Assembly (NCBI GenBank): GCA_024137785.1
Contig: JAHRHZ010000067.1
Span: 7,848,088-7,912,087, forward strand
From: Ginglymostoma cirratum
Taxonomy: Eukaryota
Direction: 5' to 3'
Length of the DNA stretch: 64,000 nt
Shown piece after piece: positions 1-13,947 of the stretch (its first letter is position 1; the number at the start of each line of letters is the position of its first letter). Below the pieces are notes generated by a model. The model ran no database searches. It was given only the letters and a program-made list of their open reading frames with translations, and was not told the origin of the DNA. Both the position numbers and the translations under genes were made by a program.

Positions 1-2059
1 CAGGACCTAATTAATTACAGTAAGGATTACACATGCCCATCTCAAATACATCTGATCCAACAATGTGGTTCAGTGTTTTGTTTACATTGGGTGATTGATA
101 CTCCACAATGACATGACAAATAACAAGTCTACACAATTACTTTGAGATCTCATTTAGCCATAGTAGTCATTCACATGCAACATGTTTATTAGTCAAATAA
201 TAAAAATGTGTTAAATCAATCTCTAAATGGACTGCATATGCAAAGACAACCCGATTTTTAAAAAAGTGTCTATTTAGCCTATTCCAGGTTAGGCTGGAAA
301 AATAAAGGACTTTTCATATTTTCCTATTCTTCACAAATAAATGCCAAGTGTCAGAGGAAACACCATAGTTTCAAATTAAAATTTACTTGTTGACAATATT
401 TTAAGAAAAGCCATTCTAAACTTTAAGAGATGGTCTTCGAGCAACACCTTCTGTAAATTGCTTAACCAGAAGAATCAGAAATATCTTTAATGTGAACATG
501 AACCAGTACAAACAGTTTTACCCCCAAACTGAAGCAATAATAAAAACAAAATGATTTAATTGGATGCATTAAGAAATGGCCATTTTCAGTGCAGCTGCCA
601 CAGTGAAGTATCTGATATTATTAGAATCATTGTCAATGTGTTGGCATTGATACCCAGACTAATCTCAAGCTACAAAAGAAAAGTCAGAACCACATTCAAG
701 GAATACATATGTCTTTAACATATAAAAATAAACTTCAGATGATCTTTATACTATGGTTACAGTTCAAAATTCTGAATTTTTTATTTTAAACTTGAGTTTT
801 ATGTAAGAAATACCTTGAGCACTTTAAAACTACAGTTATCTGTATCAAACACCATAACCTTACACAAACTAGATTACTACTATGGCATGAAAATGACCAG
901 TTTGAAGACTTATCAGTACATATGTTTTGTATGAAGTATGTAGGTTGCATTCAGTTTAAAGATTATTCATGTACAAAACTGAATACATTTATAAAATTTG
1001 GTCCACCTATTGCTACTTGCCTGAAAAAATGTAAGAGATATCAGGATGGATGTTCATTTGTCAGCCGTCTTTCAAGAAGAAAGACTTTCACACCATCGAA
1101 GGGAGGGGCTTCTAAAAGTTTCTTGCAATTTTCAGCTTAGCCACAACTACTAATTAAAGCATTTTTTCAGAATGTCAAAAAGCAAAATATTTGAAAATTC
1201 TTCAAGCATTCAGAGCAGGCTCAAAGAGTTGAATGTTCCACCCCTCCTCCCATTTTCATTGCTTTTCTATACAAAGGGCAACATAGATTTGTCTGTCTTG
1301 TAAACAATTCTTTGATCTGGCAGCATAAATGACAAAGTACTCCCTATTATTTTCACCATCATAGCGAATTTTTTACATTTCAACAGTAGGTGGTTTACTT
1401 GCAATTAAGATTAAATCAGAGAAGGGAAAATGCAACTAATTCTAGAACATTCTACCACTGAAAACAATTATTTTTAAAATAAACAGTAAATGATTTCTCA
1501 AACGGAAGTGACTAAATCCTATCTTACTGGGATTTCTGTACAAGTTTTGGGCATGTAGAATTTTCATACTGTTTTCAGAGCACACAAGAAGATTCAACAG
1601 GATGATGCAAATTAATACACACCAATTTAAAGAAAGAAAAGAAAGGACACCAAACATACTGATTGCTAGGTGGCACTTTCAAATGGCAACAAGTAGATCA
1701 TACAGTGCCAGTCTTCTGTACGATGCAATCTAGGTTGATCTGCTGCTTGCTCCCTGTACCACTTGACTCAAGATTTAAAGACTAGGATGAATAGTTTTTA
1801 TGTTCTATATGGAGCATCCAGGGCACTGTGGGGTAGACAATTCCAAACATTTACAACTGAATGAAGAAATTTCTTTCAATAGAAACGCTGAGTAATTATC
1901 CCCTTTTGCAGAGCCATGGGGACCTAGGAAACCTGAGTCCACTCTATCACATTGATTATTATGAATGTGCAAGGAAATTAAGAGGTGCACATTTGAGACA
2001 GATATCCTCATCTTTCTCTGCCTGTAGTCAATTTCAAGTCCATAACAGACTAATTTTTA

Positions 2060-2180
2060 GCCAGAAGAGAATCAAGAGTTATGGGATATGACAAGAAAGT
2101 GGAATCAAGGATCACCAGTCATGATCTCAACTATGGGCTGAAAGGCCCACTTCTGCTCCTACATTTTATGGTCTTATGGA
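2060..2180 (+). mobile_element. CR1 LINE 3' end fragment
   Basis: Resembles the 3' UTR of the CR1 at 18.5-20 kb (GAATCAAGAGTTAT...CATGATCT...CTGCTCCTA). Confidence 0.6.
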
Positions 2181-2889
2181 TTATCTCAAAGTATTCTAAC
2201 CTCCAGAGCGTATATACCCAATTCACTCAACCTATCATATAATATCTGAGGTGTCACACCTCATTAGGGTAGTACACTGGAAATCAAGTTCTACTATTCC
2301 AGGAGTTATGAAAGTTTAAAAATGTATCAAAATAAACAAAGTTCCTAATTTACCTGTCAAACCCAGAATAAGAAAACAAGAACTAGGTTTTTATACTTAA
2401 AAAGAGCTACTATTTCTTACAAATAGTTGTTTACCTGTGGTTAGAATCTATGAACTGTTGACATCCAGCCCTATGAGCTAAAATTCTAACCGTCTTAGAA
2501 CTTCCAACACTCCCCACACACAGACTAAAGGAAATTGATAGTATTGGCAGATATAGAAAAATGAGAAAGCAGCTCAATGCCCCAGTCCACAGGATTCACC
2601 AAGATGACCTTTCTTCCAACCAGGATTCTGTGTTCTTCAATCTCTCTTCTCCAGGTTCTTTTGACTGCTTCACAAAAACCACAGGTGATTCGTACACTAT
2701 CTGCAAAGTGTCTTAGTTGCTGGTTAAAAGCTACAGTTTACAGCAACTGGCAACGGAAAGTGAACTAGTTTTCTTCAGGCTTTAGGTTTTTTACTGCACG
2801 GAAAGACCTAGGGAACAATGAGCATAATATGATACAATTCACCCAGCTTTGAGGGAGAGAATCTGGAACCAAATGCAACAGTATTACAG

Positions 2890-3680
2890 CTGAGTAAAGG
2901 CAACTACACACATTAAGGAAAAGATGGCCAGATCAGATTGGAAGGGGACCCCAGCAGGAAGACAATGGAGCAGCAGTGGCAGGAGTTTTTGGGGTTAATT
3001 CAGGAGGTATAGCAGAAATTCATCTCATGGCTGACAAGAGATGTCAGTGACAGTATAAAAGCAAAAGAAAAAGCATAGAATGTGGTGAAATTAGTGGTAA
3101 GCCAGAGGACTGGGAAGCCTTTAAAAATTAGAGGAGGATAACAAAAAAGTGCTGAGGGGAGAGAAGATGAAGTGAGGGTAAGCTAGCTAATACAAAATAT
3201 TGCAAGAGTTTTAAGATTATGGAAACAGAGTACAGAGATTTAGAGAGAGGAAAGAGTAGACATTGGACCAGTGGAAATGAGGCTGGAGAAGTAATAATGG
3301 GGAACAAAGAAATGGTGGAGGATTTGAATAGGTACCTTGCATCAGTTTTCAGTGAAAAACAGCAACACATCAAAACTTCAACAGTGAGGGGCAGAGATGA
3401 ATGTAGTGACCATTCAGGGAAAGGTGCTGGGGAAGCTGAAATGTCTGAGGATGGATTAAACACCTAGACTACATGGACTACAACCCAAGGTTCTGAAGGA
3501 GATAGCAGAGGAGACTGTAGGTGAACTGGTGGTGATCTCTCAGGAGTCACTGAGGGAGTGGGGTGGCGGGTTCCCCCAGAGTACTGGAAAACGGCTAATG
3601 TAACATCCCTGTTTAAAGAAGGGAGGAAGATGGTAGTGGACAGGAAAGTACAGGCCTGTTCACCTGATGTCAGTTGTAAG
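2890..3680 (+). mobile_element. Degenerate CR1 LINE ORF2 fragment
   Basis: Broken peptides KGNY, EQQWQEF, GNKEMVEDLNRYLASVF, WKTANVT, YRPV.L.SVV from the region preceding the RT. Confidence 0.8.
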
Positions 3681-5129
3681 CAAAGTTAGTGTGAGCAAAG
3701 TGAAGCAAGGAAGAGAACAACTCCCTCTAGACAGCTAAACTCTAAACTCCCACTCTAACAGATCTGAACTGCCAGTGGGGTAGAATATACTGTTGTGGGT
3801 ATATCACCATAAGTTATTTAATTCGGCTACTTATTAAGAAATCTCTTAGACAAGTAAATACTGTAACAATGATTTAAAAACTTTATTGCATGTAGCAACC
3901 AAAATAAGACACTTCAAGCAAGTTAGTTAAGCCTCATAACCCAACTTGGCTATTGCCCGATTAATGATGGAATCTAGCCAGGATTTCACTATCAATGACC
4001 TGTCTCTAGGAGTATACAGGGTTCAATGCTTGTGCAGTGTTGTTCTTCAAATTTCTGCTACTGACTTGTTCTGGTGTTGGATTCTTATAAAAATTTCACT
4101 CTTTAGTTTGTGGTTGATATTATTGATGATTTAATAGATCCTTTCGTCCCCAGCATTGATTACATCTCTGGAGACCTCAACTATGGAACTTGTCTTATCT
4201 GAAGGAGCTCCCCTGTTCCTCATTACATTCAGGGTTGGCTGTCTAAAACACAGATTTTCTTGCAATTAGCCCACTACTTCAGACCATTGCTTCTGCACGC
4301 AGACTTTAATTGCCCATTTGTCATGAGACAGCAGATGATCAAACAGTTATCATCGTCTCTTCCTAGGAACTTCTTGTGCTCTGTTCAACTTCTTTCCAGG
4401 AATGGCTAATTCACAAGTTTCTCTTTACCCCTTTCATCACAAGAAAGTTTATTCCAAAGAATTATTGCTGATTCTTTCAATCCATGAACAGTTATTAAAG
4501 TTTTGATGTTTATAATATCACATACCAAAGTATGTGATATTTGTTGCCTCTAAATTGGTATGCATGATTCAGGTTGTTGCTTGACATATCCAAGAGACTG
4601 GTCTCATAATTTGGCACTAGCCTCAACTGACTGCAAGGAGGATTTTGTAGGATTAACAGGACTGAGAACACCATTGTCATTTCCTGTGCATAGGTCAATG
4701 CCAGGTGGACCATCCAGTTTCATACCACAAACTTTCACGTGTTGCAGTCAAGCCATACCTCCTGTCCTATCATCTCCACTTATCCCTACTTCTTTCATTA
4801 CGTCACTAAAATAGTAACCAGTTTGTCAAAGTAATAACAGTTAACAGTTCATTAATGACTACCCTCTTTTCTGAAAAAAACTGAAATTATAGATTAAGTC
4901 AATCTTAATTCTATTGAGGTTAAAGCAATTGGACAAAATCATCAAAACGTAGGCTGCACTTGACCAGTTTATTAGAAGCCTTTGGAGGAAAAGGACAGAA
5001 ATAAATTGAGAACTGAATGCTGACAGTTGTAGCGCAAGATAGCTTTAATTGTTTTGCACAAATCTAAATTTTGCTTGTAGCAGACATTAGTTTGCATTTA
5101 GCTAGAATTTAGATTGTGGATTTCAAAGT

Positions 5130-8100
5130 TCCCAGCCTTAAACAGAGTTTTAACAAGACATCTATCGAAGAGCAGTTGAGCTTAGTTAATTAAAGCAGCT
5201 GAATCTAGTTCTGAGTCGGCTAGGCCTTTTGCATGAGGAGCACATACAACATGCCAACTTTGTACAAGTAGGATTTGAGTGAGGCTTACAATGGAGTGGA
5301 ATTAGGTGATCAAGGAAGTTAGTGAAAGGTTTATCTTTGCTTTTTCTAACTGTGTCAGCCTCTATGAATTAGTTCCTATTCTGCTACAGGAGAAACAGCT
5401 AGTTTTATAGGGTGTCTGGTAAGTTATTAACACCTATTTTCTAAGGCTCAAAAGTAGCATAAGAGCTAAAGGTAAAGTTAATAAAAAACAAAGTAAATAT
5501 ATAATTGAATGTAATTAGTTAAAACACATTAAGGGTAGCAAGAACGGATGATGACTCGGCTGCATGCCAGTTTGAACCAGGGCAAAGACGCCACCAATAG
5601 GTGTCTGAAGTTCAAGCAGCTTTAGATCAGAGCTGGAGGCTGAACTATATACACTGCAATGGCATCACAGCAGGTGGAAATTAATTCGATTATTTGTGAC
5701 AACGTCTTTTAGGATAGAGTCTTCCGATTTGATCAGTACTCTGCAACAGTTAGGGCAGGAACCTCAATTTCTGCAGCTATCCAAAATGTTTGAGCTTCTT
5801 TCACCTTGTTTGGATCAAAATAGCAGCTATAAGGTGGTTGAGCTAATTAGCTGTAACATTCTAGCATAGAAATCCATTCAAGTGCTGGGAGGAGGGAGAA
5901 AAGAAGTTTAAATGGTTGTTAGGAACAGTATAAATCGGACTGAGTGTTATCATTCTCCCCAGAACTAGACTGCAGATGGCTGTATTACCTGCCTTGTTTT
6001 GGAGTTTGGGACATCTGCTCAGGATTAAAGATGTACTTGAGGGGTAAGGATACAGTTGTTGTAGTTAGGTAGCAGAATACGCAGGTCAAAAGGAGGTGGT
6101 TCTGCACAGCTAGTATGATGAGCTGGATACCAAATTAAGCACAACTCCAAACGTTTTAATCTCTTGATTATTACCTGAGGCATGTGCAAATTGCATAGGA
6201 CAAATCAGATTAGAGAAATGCACGTATCGGCTCAAAGACTGGTGTGGAAGTCATTGGTTCTGACATGAGCATTGTGGAAAGTGAGTTCAATACTGTTAGG
6301 ATAGTCTCCAGCTGAAAGTGCTGGGGCTGCTAGGGCATAACTGGGCAAAGAGAGGGGATGTTAAGCTATCAAAGGGATCAAATTTAAGAAGTGGTAAAAT
6401 CCAAGGCAAGAGAGAATGGTATTAATTTGGGAAATGATATACTGTGCCAGAAGAGTATGCAAATCTAACAGTAAATCAGAGAAGGATAGAAACTACAAAA
6501 CGCATTAAAAAGGACAAGATTAAAGACTGAACGGACATAAGATTTGAAATAAAACAGATGAACTGAGTCTGCAATAGAAATAACTTAGAAAGTCCAACCT
6601 GGATACAGGACATAGCTGCAGAATGGCATAGATTGGTTAACAAATACTGAAACACACATTATGCTTAGAGAAGAAAGGGAGGTAGGCAAAAAGGTGGATG
6701 GCTCTTAGTTAATTATAGTACCAGCACAATAAAGGGGGATTGTCCTCAATCAAGGAAACCAGGATGTAAAGAGAGTTTGGACAGAGAAGAGAAATGATAA
6801 ATACACACTTGTGGCAGCCCCCTGACAGTAACTACATTATAGAATAGAGTATTAAAATAATAGAGGAATGGGAGTTTGTCAGAAAGGAATGGTGATAATC
6901 ATGGAAGACCTTGGATTATATATAGACTGGAAAAGTCAGATGAGCAAAGATAAATTTGATGAGGAGTTCGCAATGTTTTCAGAGTAGTTTCTTAAAACAG
7001 CATATTCTGGAACCAAACAGAGCAGATTATACAAGACCTGTTAATGTGCAACAAGATAGCAGTAATGATCTTTTAGTGAAGGTGCCCTAACTAGCAATTC
7101 AACTTGATTAATTTAACATTTAGTCAAGGGGGAAGAGGAGTAAATTCACGATCCGTAATTTAAAACTCAAAGGATGGCAATTAAGGAAAGGCTAGTTAAG
7201 GAGAACAGAGCAAGCTAAAGTGTATGACAATTTAGGTTAAGGGACATTAGTAGAGATGCAATGACGACATTTAAGGAGAGAATTTAGAACACAGAATTCG
7301 GGGTTCTTGTGGCACAGTCCCTCCCTCAAAGCCAACAGGCCCAAGTTCAAGCCCCACCTACTCCAGAGATATATAATACCACCTAAACAGGGCAATTAGG
7401 AAATCTCTAGAATACGTTGAAAATACATTCAACCAAGAAAGAAAAATCCTAAGGAACAGATCCACAACTTGTGGTTAACTGGAAGAGAGGTAGAAAGCAT
7501 TAAAGCTTAAAGAAAAAGTATACAGTCAAGCAAAAATTGTGGCAAATTAGACAAATCAAAAAATCACCTAAAAGTTAATAAGCAAGACAAAATTACAGTA
7601 CAAAAAAAAAGCCAGCCAGAAACATAAGAAAGTAAGGATTTCTAAATATTAAAAGAAGTTAGTGGACATTCCTCCTACAGAAAATAAATCAGGAGAATTG
7701 ATAATAGAAAATAAAGATGACAGATAAATTGAACAAGTATTTTGCATTAATATTTGCTATGGGGAATATACTTGACATCCAAGAAGCCGCTATAAAATGA
7801 AGAAATGGAAACAAAGTAGTAGTCCAAGAATATTACAATCAGAAGTGACACTGTAAATTGTTGAAGTTACAGCCTGGACAAAATTTCATCCTAGGGTCTT
7901 AAAATGAAGTGGCTAATGAGATAGTTGATGCATTAGTTATGTAATTGTCCAAACCTGCCTCAAAATCTGAGGTTATTATATTGGAAAGACAACAAAAAAA
8001 GTCCTTACTTAAAACACAGGCACAAAGCCGAAAGCTTGACATCTGTCGTAGGGAAAATGCCACAGATGTTATAATAAGGATTTAGATAAGTTCAAAGGAA

Positions 8101-9550
8101 TCAGGCAGAGTCAACAATTTTAGGAAAAGGAAAACATGTTAATCAGTCTATTGGAGTAATTTGAGGTGGTAACATTTGCTGTAGATAAAATAGGGACAGT
8201 GGACCTACTGCACTTAGATTTCTAGAAGGCATTTGGTAAAGTGCTTCAAAAGGTTATTTTGGAAAATAAAACATCATGGTGAATGGATAACATGTTGGCA
8301 TGGACACAAGATTAAATGGTTAACAGAAAACAAACACGCATAAATAGATATTTTTCAGTTTGGCAAGCTACCACAGAGATAAGTGCTCTGGCATCAGCTG
8401 TTTACCATGCATATGATTGATACAGATAAAGTGAAACAAGAGATAGTCGCTAAAATCAAATGACTTAAAAGACAGTGAAAAATAAGGACGACGACATGGA
8501 GGTTACAAAATTATACGGATATGTTTAGTGAATGAGCAAAAATCCGACAAATGAAATACAATGTCAGAAAATGTGGACTGTCCATTTTGGTGCGGAAAAA
8601 AAATATCATTACCTAAATGGCAAGAGATTTCAAAGCTCTAAGATAGAGATACCTGGATATCCTTATGCAAGAATCACAAAAAGGTTAGTGTACAGGTATA
8701 GCAAGAGCCTGTGAGGTATTATTTGTGAGGGCAATTGAATAAAAAACAGAAATACATACAGGGCACTAGCAAAACTACATGTGGTTTACAGCACTGGTCA
8801 TCTTAGTTAAGGAAGGATGAAAATATGTTGGAAGTTCAGAGAAGGTTTACCAGACTAACGCATGGAATAAGGCAGGTACCCTTATGAGGGACGGTTAGTC
8901 AGGATAGGATTTTTAAAAAAATCTGGTGTTTAGAAAAGTAAGAGGCAACTTGATTGAAACATACAAGGTCCTGAGGGATCCACCTCAACAAGACAGATAT
9001 GGAAAGCATGGCTCCTCTTATGGGACGATACAGAATTAGGGGTCACTGTATAAACTAAAGGATCACCCATTTCGATAAAAAGGATGACATTAACAAACAA
9101 ACAGAGAAATAGACACCATATACAGAACGCTGTTGAAAAACAGAAGTGACAAAACCCACCACACCAGAATATCAAATTCAAAACTGAGCAGAACATCAAT
9201 GCTTTGATTAGAAGTCGCACTGATGTTTCATTACCATTCTAGGCAACATCTGCACACCACGGAACTGGCTCGGTGAGCAAACGAGTAACCGCAATAAAGA
9301 GATAAGTCAATTTTATTTTCTCAGAGGGTGGTGAGTCTTTGGAACTCTTTCTGAAAAGGTAGCGGAAGCAGAGTTTTTGAATATTTTTAAGGAACGTGTA
9401 AATAATTTTTTGGTAAGCAAATGGATGAAAGGTGATTTGGGGAAGTTGGGAATGTGGACTTGAGGTTACAATCAAATCTGTCATGTTCTTATTAAATGGT
9501 GGTGCAGGCTCAGCGGCTGAATACCTACTCCTCATTCCTTGTTTGTATGT
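5130..9550 (+). mobile_element. Ancient near-full-length CR1 LINE (ORF1 remnant, endonuclease, RT, 3' UTR), heavily decayed
   Basis: Colinear remnants: ORF1/esterase-like motifs ~5550-6350, endonuclease ~6550-7150, RT LDF.KAF.KV at ~8210, C-terminal region ~8750-9070, CR1 3' UTR ~9310-9550. Confidence 0.75.
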
Positions 9551-9939
9551 TCACATTATTTCATACACGTCTTACCTCAAATCATCAAAAACATTTGATA
9601 AACTACTGCAGAAAGAATAAAAAAAAAACTTGTAAAGTAAAACCCGAGGATAAGGTAAAAGATTTTTCTCTGAAAAGTTATAGCAATTGGTGGTCTACTG
9701 AAGTCAGCGTTGAGAAAGCTTATTTGATGTATGCACAGGAACTCAATTAAATGAAGATACTGGCATTTGTGAATAGTTTTAATTTTGGGAGTATGAAAAT
9801 TATAAAGACTTCAAGATAACACCACAAGGGGTTTGGCAGATGCAGCTGAAAAGAAAATTATGAAGAAAGAATGTACATTATAGGCTCCCACATCCTCAGG
9901 CCATTAGTTATTCAATGATGTACTTTAGTATGGCAACCA

Positions 9940-10210
9940 GTTTGTATGACGTGAACCTCAAATTAGATAAAAGCTGCTAACCTGTTTAGCTGACGTTGAT
10001 CAACAGAAAATCTGTCAAAATTCTTCTCTTCAATTTACACCATGGGATCTATTAGATCTACTTAAACACTGCCAGCTTATATTTACATCTGAAAAACTGC
10101 ACCAATATGGCAACACTTCTCCTTCAGAACTTTTCAGCAAATGTCAACTTCACTTAGCTGCTAAGGTCCTAGAGTAGAAACTGGAATATCAACACTGAAC
10201 CAAGATAACA
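9940..10210 (-). mobile_element. Old tRNA-derived Deu-domain-type SINE
   Basis: Degenerate match to the copies at 30230-30575 and 37190-37610 (CCATGGGATCT...TGTCAAC...CTAGAGT). Confidence 0.55.
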
Positions 10211-10419
10211 CTTCATCTATTTGGAAAAATAAATATCTCAAGTACAAGTAGAAGAGCACAGGAATCTTAATACAGAAGATAGAAAAGCCATGAAAGACCA
10301 AGCAACCGTACAAGACTACAAAAAGACAGAAACAATTTGTCATTCGTCAACTCAAAAGCAACGCTGTACTGAGTGTTTAAGTCATCTTAGGCTACAACTG
10401 CATGTACTGTAAATATTTT

Positions 10420-10870
10420 AGTACAGGAATAAGGGCATAAACATATCTGGAAAGGTGCACTATAGACCCACAGGAATATTAATTACAAGGGTAGCTAATA
10501 TTCATCATGCTGAAAAGTTCATGTTTTACTCGCCAGAGGTTAAAGAGTAACCAAAAGAAGTGTTACCGATGAAGAGTGGCAATTATGAATATATATAATG
10601 ATAGAGTCTTCCCTATTACATTATAGAATAAAAACAAGGCAGCATTGATTTAACAAGCACAAAAAACTGAGAGATAAGAAAATGTCCTTTGGGGGGTGGT
10701 CAGAAGATGGAATTCTCCGCCACAAATAGTTGTAGTAGAGTTGGTAAATCGCTGCTTGAAATCAGAAAAAATATAGAGAATATGCAGCAGGATAGCACTA
10801 AATTATGGACTTTGTGGAAAAAAAATTGAATAGTCCACTTGTGTGCTGCGTAATTGTTATGATTTCTGTA
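10420..10870 (+). mobile_element. Highly decayed CR1 3' fragment
   Basis: Remnants of the RVV..WNSLP motif near 10695-10725, followed by 3' UTR-like sequence. Confidence 0.5.
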
Positions 10871-13276
10871 GTCTTGCTAAGTAACCAACTTAGGCTGGGA
10901 CACCACTCTCAAGAATCCACTGATATTCAAAAAAACTTCAGTGAAATAAGTGAACAAAAATACAATCTATTTTGAAGATGGGTCAAAAAACCTGTCCTTT
11001 TTCTCTTTAGTCAAAGTTAATGCAAGTAGTGTCTGGCAAGATTAATTATAAGTAAAACACTGATATTTCCCCTCAAGCACTAAAACCAACTACAATTTGT
11101 CTCATCTGCAACAAGACAAGCCAGAAATTAAGTCTTCCTGCTTACATTGCATTACTTGTTGCAACGCTAAGCTATCATATCAGATGTCAGGACAGCCCAA
11201 AAATATGATTAAAATATATTTATGTAGCAAGCAATGCAAAATTGAATGCAGAAGGTCGAGATTTACTTTAAGGCTGATGGATCAAGAACCACAGAAATGT
11301 TAATGTGTTGGAAGAACTTTATTCCAATTGATGGGCAATATTAAGCCAAAAGTAGACATGTTGAAAATAGTCTAAAATATCACACATTTTTTGCAATCTT
11401 AGACTAACGTATTGAAAATTAACACTTGCGTAGAGTGAAATTTCACTGCCTTGCAGTAAGAAATTTCACTTTCAGCAATCAACCATGTAAAACTACAACT
11501 GCACTTGGTGTGACATCATTAGATATCCTCTCAAACTTCCTTAATTATCATTTCACAAGCAATTTTCTCCATATCCCATCACCTTTCATTTCTACTGTAT
11601 TTTCCAGATTTGCATAAACAAAACAGAATGTTTATCCAAATTATTCACTTAAGAACAAACGGGAGTTGGCCCCTGAGCATCAAGCTTGATCTTCCATCTT
11701 TTCAATTTGTTTGCACTTTCAAAGGACTTAAAGTCATTAACACCTAGTTATTCTATTAACCTAGTAAGTTATATTTGCCACCGTAAAAAGAAACTTACGA
11801 AGTCAAACATGATCCAAAAAATCTAACATTTCCTTGAACTACAATAAACTGTAAATTAGGGCTGGGGTTTATAACCATTTTGAGTTACAAATTCCTTGAA
11901 TGCAATATTATAGCTTTCTAGCAAAGCCAAACCATATTATCTAAGTACAAAGTAAATTTCCTCAAATGAACAAAAAGGTCAGCAAAATGATTTATAACCT
12001 GATCACACTACTGTATTTAATGTTTTAGAAAAAAATTACTTAACAGATATGAATAAGGACAGGAATTTAAAATCATCTCTCCAGGTACAGGGTTTAGTGA
12101 CATTCATAAAGTATGCCAGCTGGCAATTTACACCATCGGAACCACTCAGTTGAATTACTGCATTTCAACACTTCTACAATTATTAACCCAATCTGCACGA
12201 GTACTAGCTAGTTAGCATGCTCATAAGGAATAGCGTTCTGTATGAAGTATTGCTGCCATTACAAAAATAATTCCCATCATGGAATTACATTGACCTTTTG
12301 AAATTCTGAAAACTCAAAAATTTGAAGGATATTAATTAGGACAGCTCTTGTTTAAAAAAAAACAAAAATTCACTGAACAGTAATTTCACCCTTACTCCTG
12401 AAGGGAACTGGGGAATGATTACACATACACAGTAATGGATTTGTTCCTTCAAACTAAATACATCATTATCAGTTATAGAATAGCAAATTATACATATCTT
12501 TGCCTAAAAAGTGCGGTGCGTCAAACCAACTGTCTCCACTTTGGCGACAACTAAATTACCACCTAATACAAGGCAAGATCTTTAAAAAAATTTCCAAGTC
12601 AATTTTTAACACCATTCTTAAGATTTTTTTCAAATAAGTGGCAAAATTTAATTTGTTTTTGGCAATTTACCATCGCAGAAGGAACAAGATTTACACAAAT
12701 AACTGTACTGAATGTTGTGGGGGGGGGGATCGTACAGCTATCTTTCTTTTTAATTTAGTTTTTTTTATATAAAGAATAAGCAGTTTCCTATCAGTTGGGC
12801 GTCAAGAGACCCCTATAATAACTCAAGGACGAAAAGGAAATCTGACCAAGCTTTGTCTCTGATTCGTGTCTTGCAGGAAGCTTTTTTTAAAAAAAAGCAC
12901 CTTAGTGACAAAAGCACCTTCTAGTGCCGCACGAAAATACAACCAAATAATGAGGGCTAATTTCCGCCACCCGCCAAGCAATGTCACTTCATAAAAGATT
13001 TAGATTTCTGACGTTACAGTACGCTCTATTAGAACCGAACTCACCTAACCCACAGGCATCTGGGGAAGCAAAACATTTTGAAACTCCCAACAAGTTCAAC
13101 ATTGTCAGCGCATTTGAGGAAACACCCAAACTGCGCAAAGTTGATAAGCTGTTTATCTGAAGTAAAAGTAATTGATAAAAAATTGCGACTTTGTTGAAAA
13201 ACAGTATTGTTATTTGAAGATATTATTTTCAACCTGTTAAAACGCTTGGCAAACAAGTCTTGCTCAGGAAACCTAC

Positions 13277-13947
13277 CAGACTACTCCGAAGGCTCCATAT
13301 CCGATGGGTCTGTCTGGCTCGATATCCAGCTGATGTGCCTTGGCAGCGGCGGCGGCGGCGGCGGCGGCGTGAATCTGCACCGAGGCGGCGGCAGCGGCCG
13401 GCGCCGGGGACGGGAAATACGGCGCCTGGCCCGGGTTCAGCATCGCCGCCGCCGCCGCCGCCGCTGCTGCCGCCGTGGCGGCGGCTGAGGCGGCGGCGGA
13501 CGACGACGATGAAGAGGATGAGGACGACGAGACGGCGGCCGAGCTGGCGGCGGCGGCAGCAGCAGCGGCGGCGGCGGCCGGGTGATGGTGATGCTGGACC
13601 GGGTGTACCGCCGTGCCGATACCGCCACCTCCTCCGGCGGCAGCGGCACCACCGCCGCCGCCGCCGCCAGTTGCAGCGGCGGCGGCGGTGGCGGCAGCAG
13701 CCCCGGTGTGTATTTGATGGTGGTGGTGATGATGAGGAGGTGGTGGCGGCGGTGGATGTTGGTGATGGTTGTTACTGCTGCTGCCGCTGTTGTTGTGGTG
13801 ATGATGGTTGTTGTGATGGTGGTGGTGGTGGTGATGATGATGATGATGATGGGCGGCCCCGGCGCCGTTATAAGCCATCAGCTTGGCGACGCTTTGGCGC
13901 TGCTGCTGGCCCGCCGCCGCCGCCGCCGTGGTGCCGCACAGCGCCAT
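13277..13947 (-). CDS. NLK: Nemo-like kinase, first coding exon (low-complexity N-terminus up to the kinase glycine-rich loop)
   Basis: Translation MALCG...KLMAYNG...poly-H...AVHPVQ...poly-A-MLNPGQAPYFPSPAP...QLDIEPDRPIGYGAFGVVW matches the vertebrate NLK N-terminus. ATG at 13947 is in a good Kozak context (GTCATGG). The exon ends TG|GTAGGT (phase-2 donor at 13276). Confidence 0.97.

Larger units (their letters stand above)
1..13276 (-). other. NLK: NLK intron 1 (partial; exon 2 probably lies beyond the left edge)
   Basis: Begins with a GTAGGT donor directly after the GVV-W codon split. No exon-2 peptide (SVTDPRDGKRVALKK-like) was seen on the minus strand in 1-13276. Confidence 0.8.

Noticed and set aside
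3990-4810. Possible retroviral gag-like relic in intron 1
   Set aside because: No diagnostic motif could be read in any frame.
13273-13275. TAG ending the 266-aa ORF, suggesting a truncated or pseudogenised kinase
   Set aside because: The TAG lies inside the splice donor GTAGGT; the Trp codon is split by the intron.
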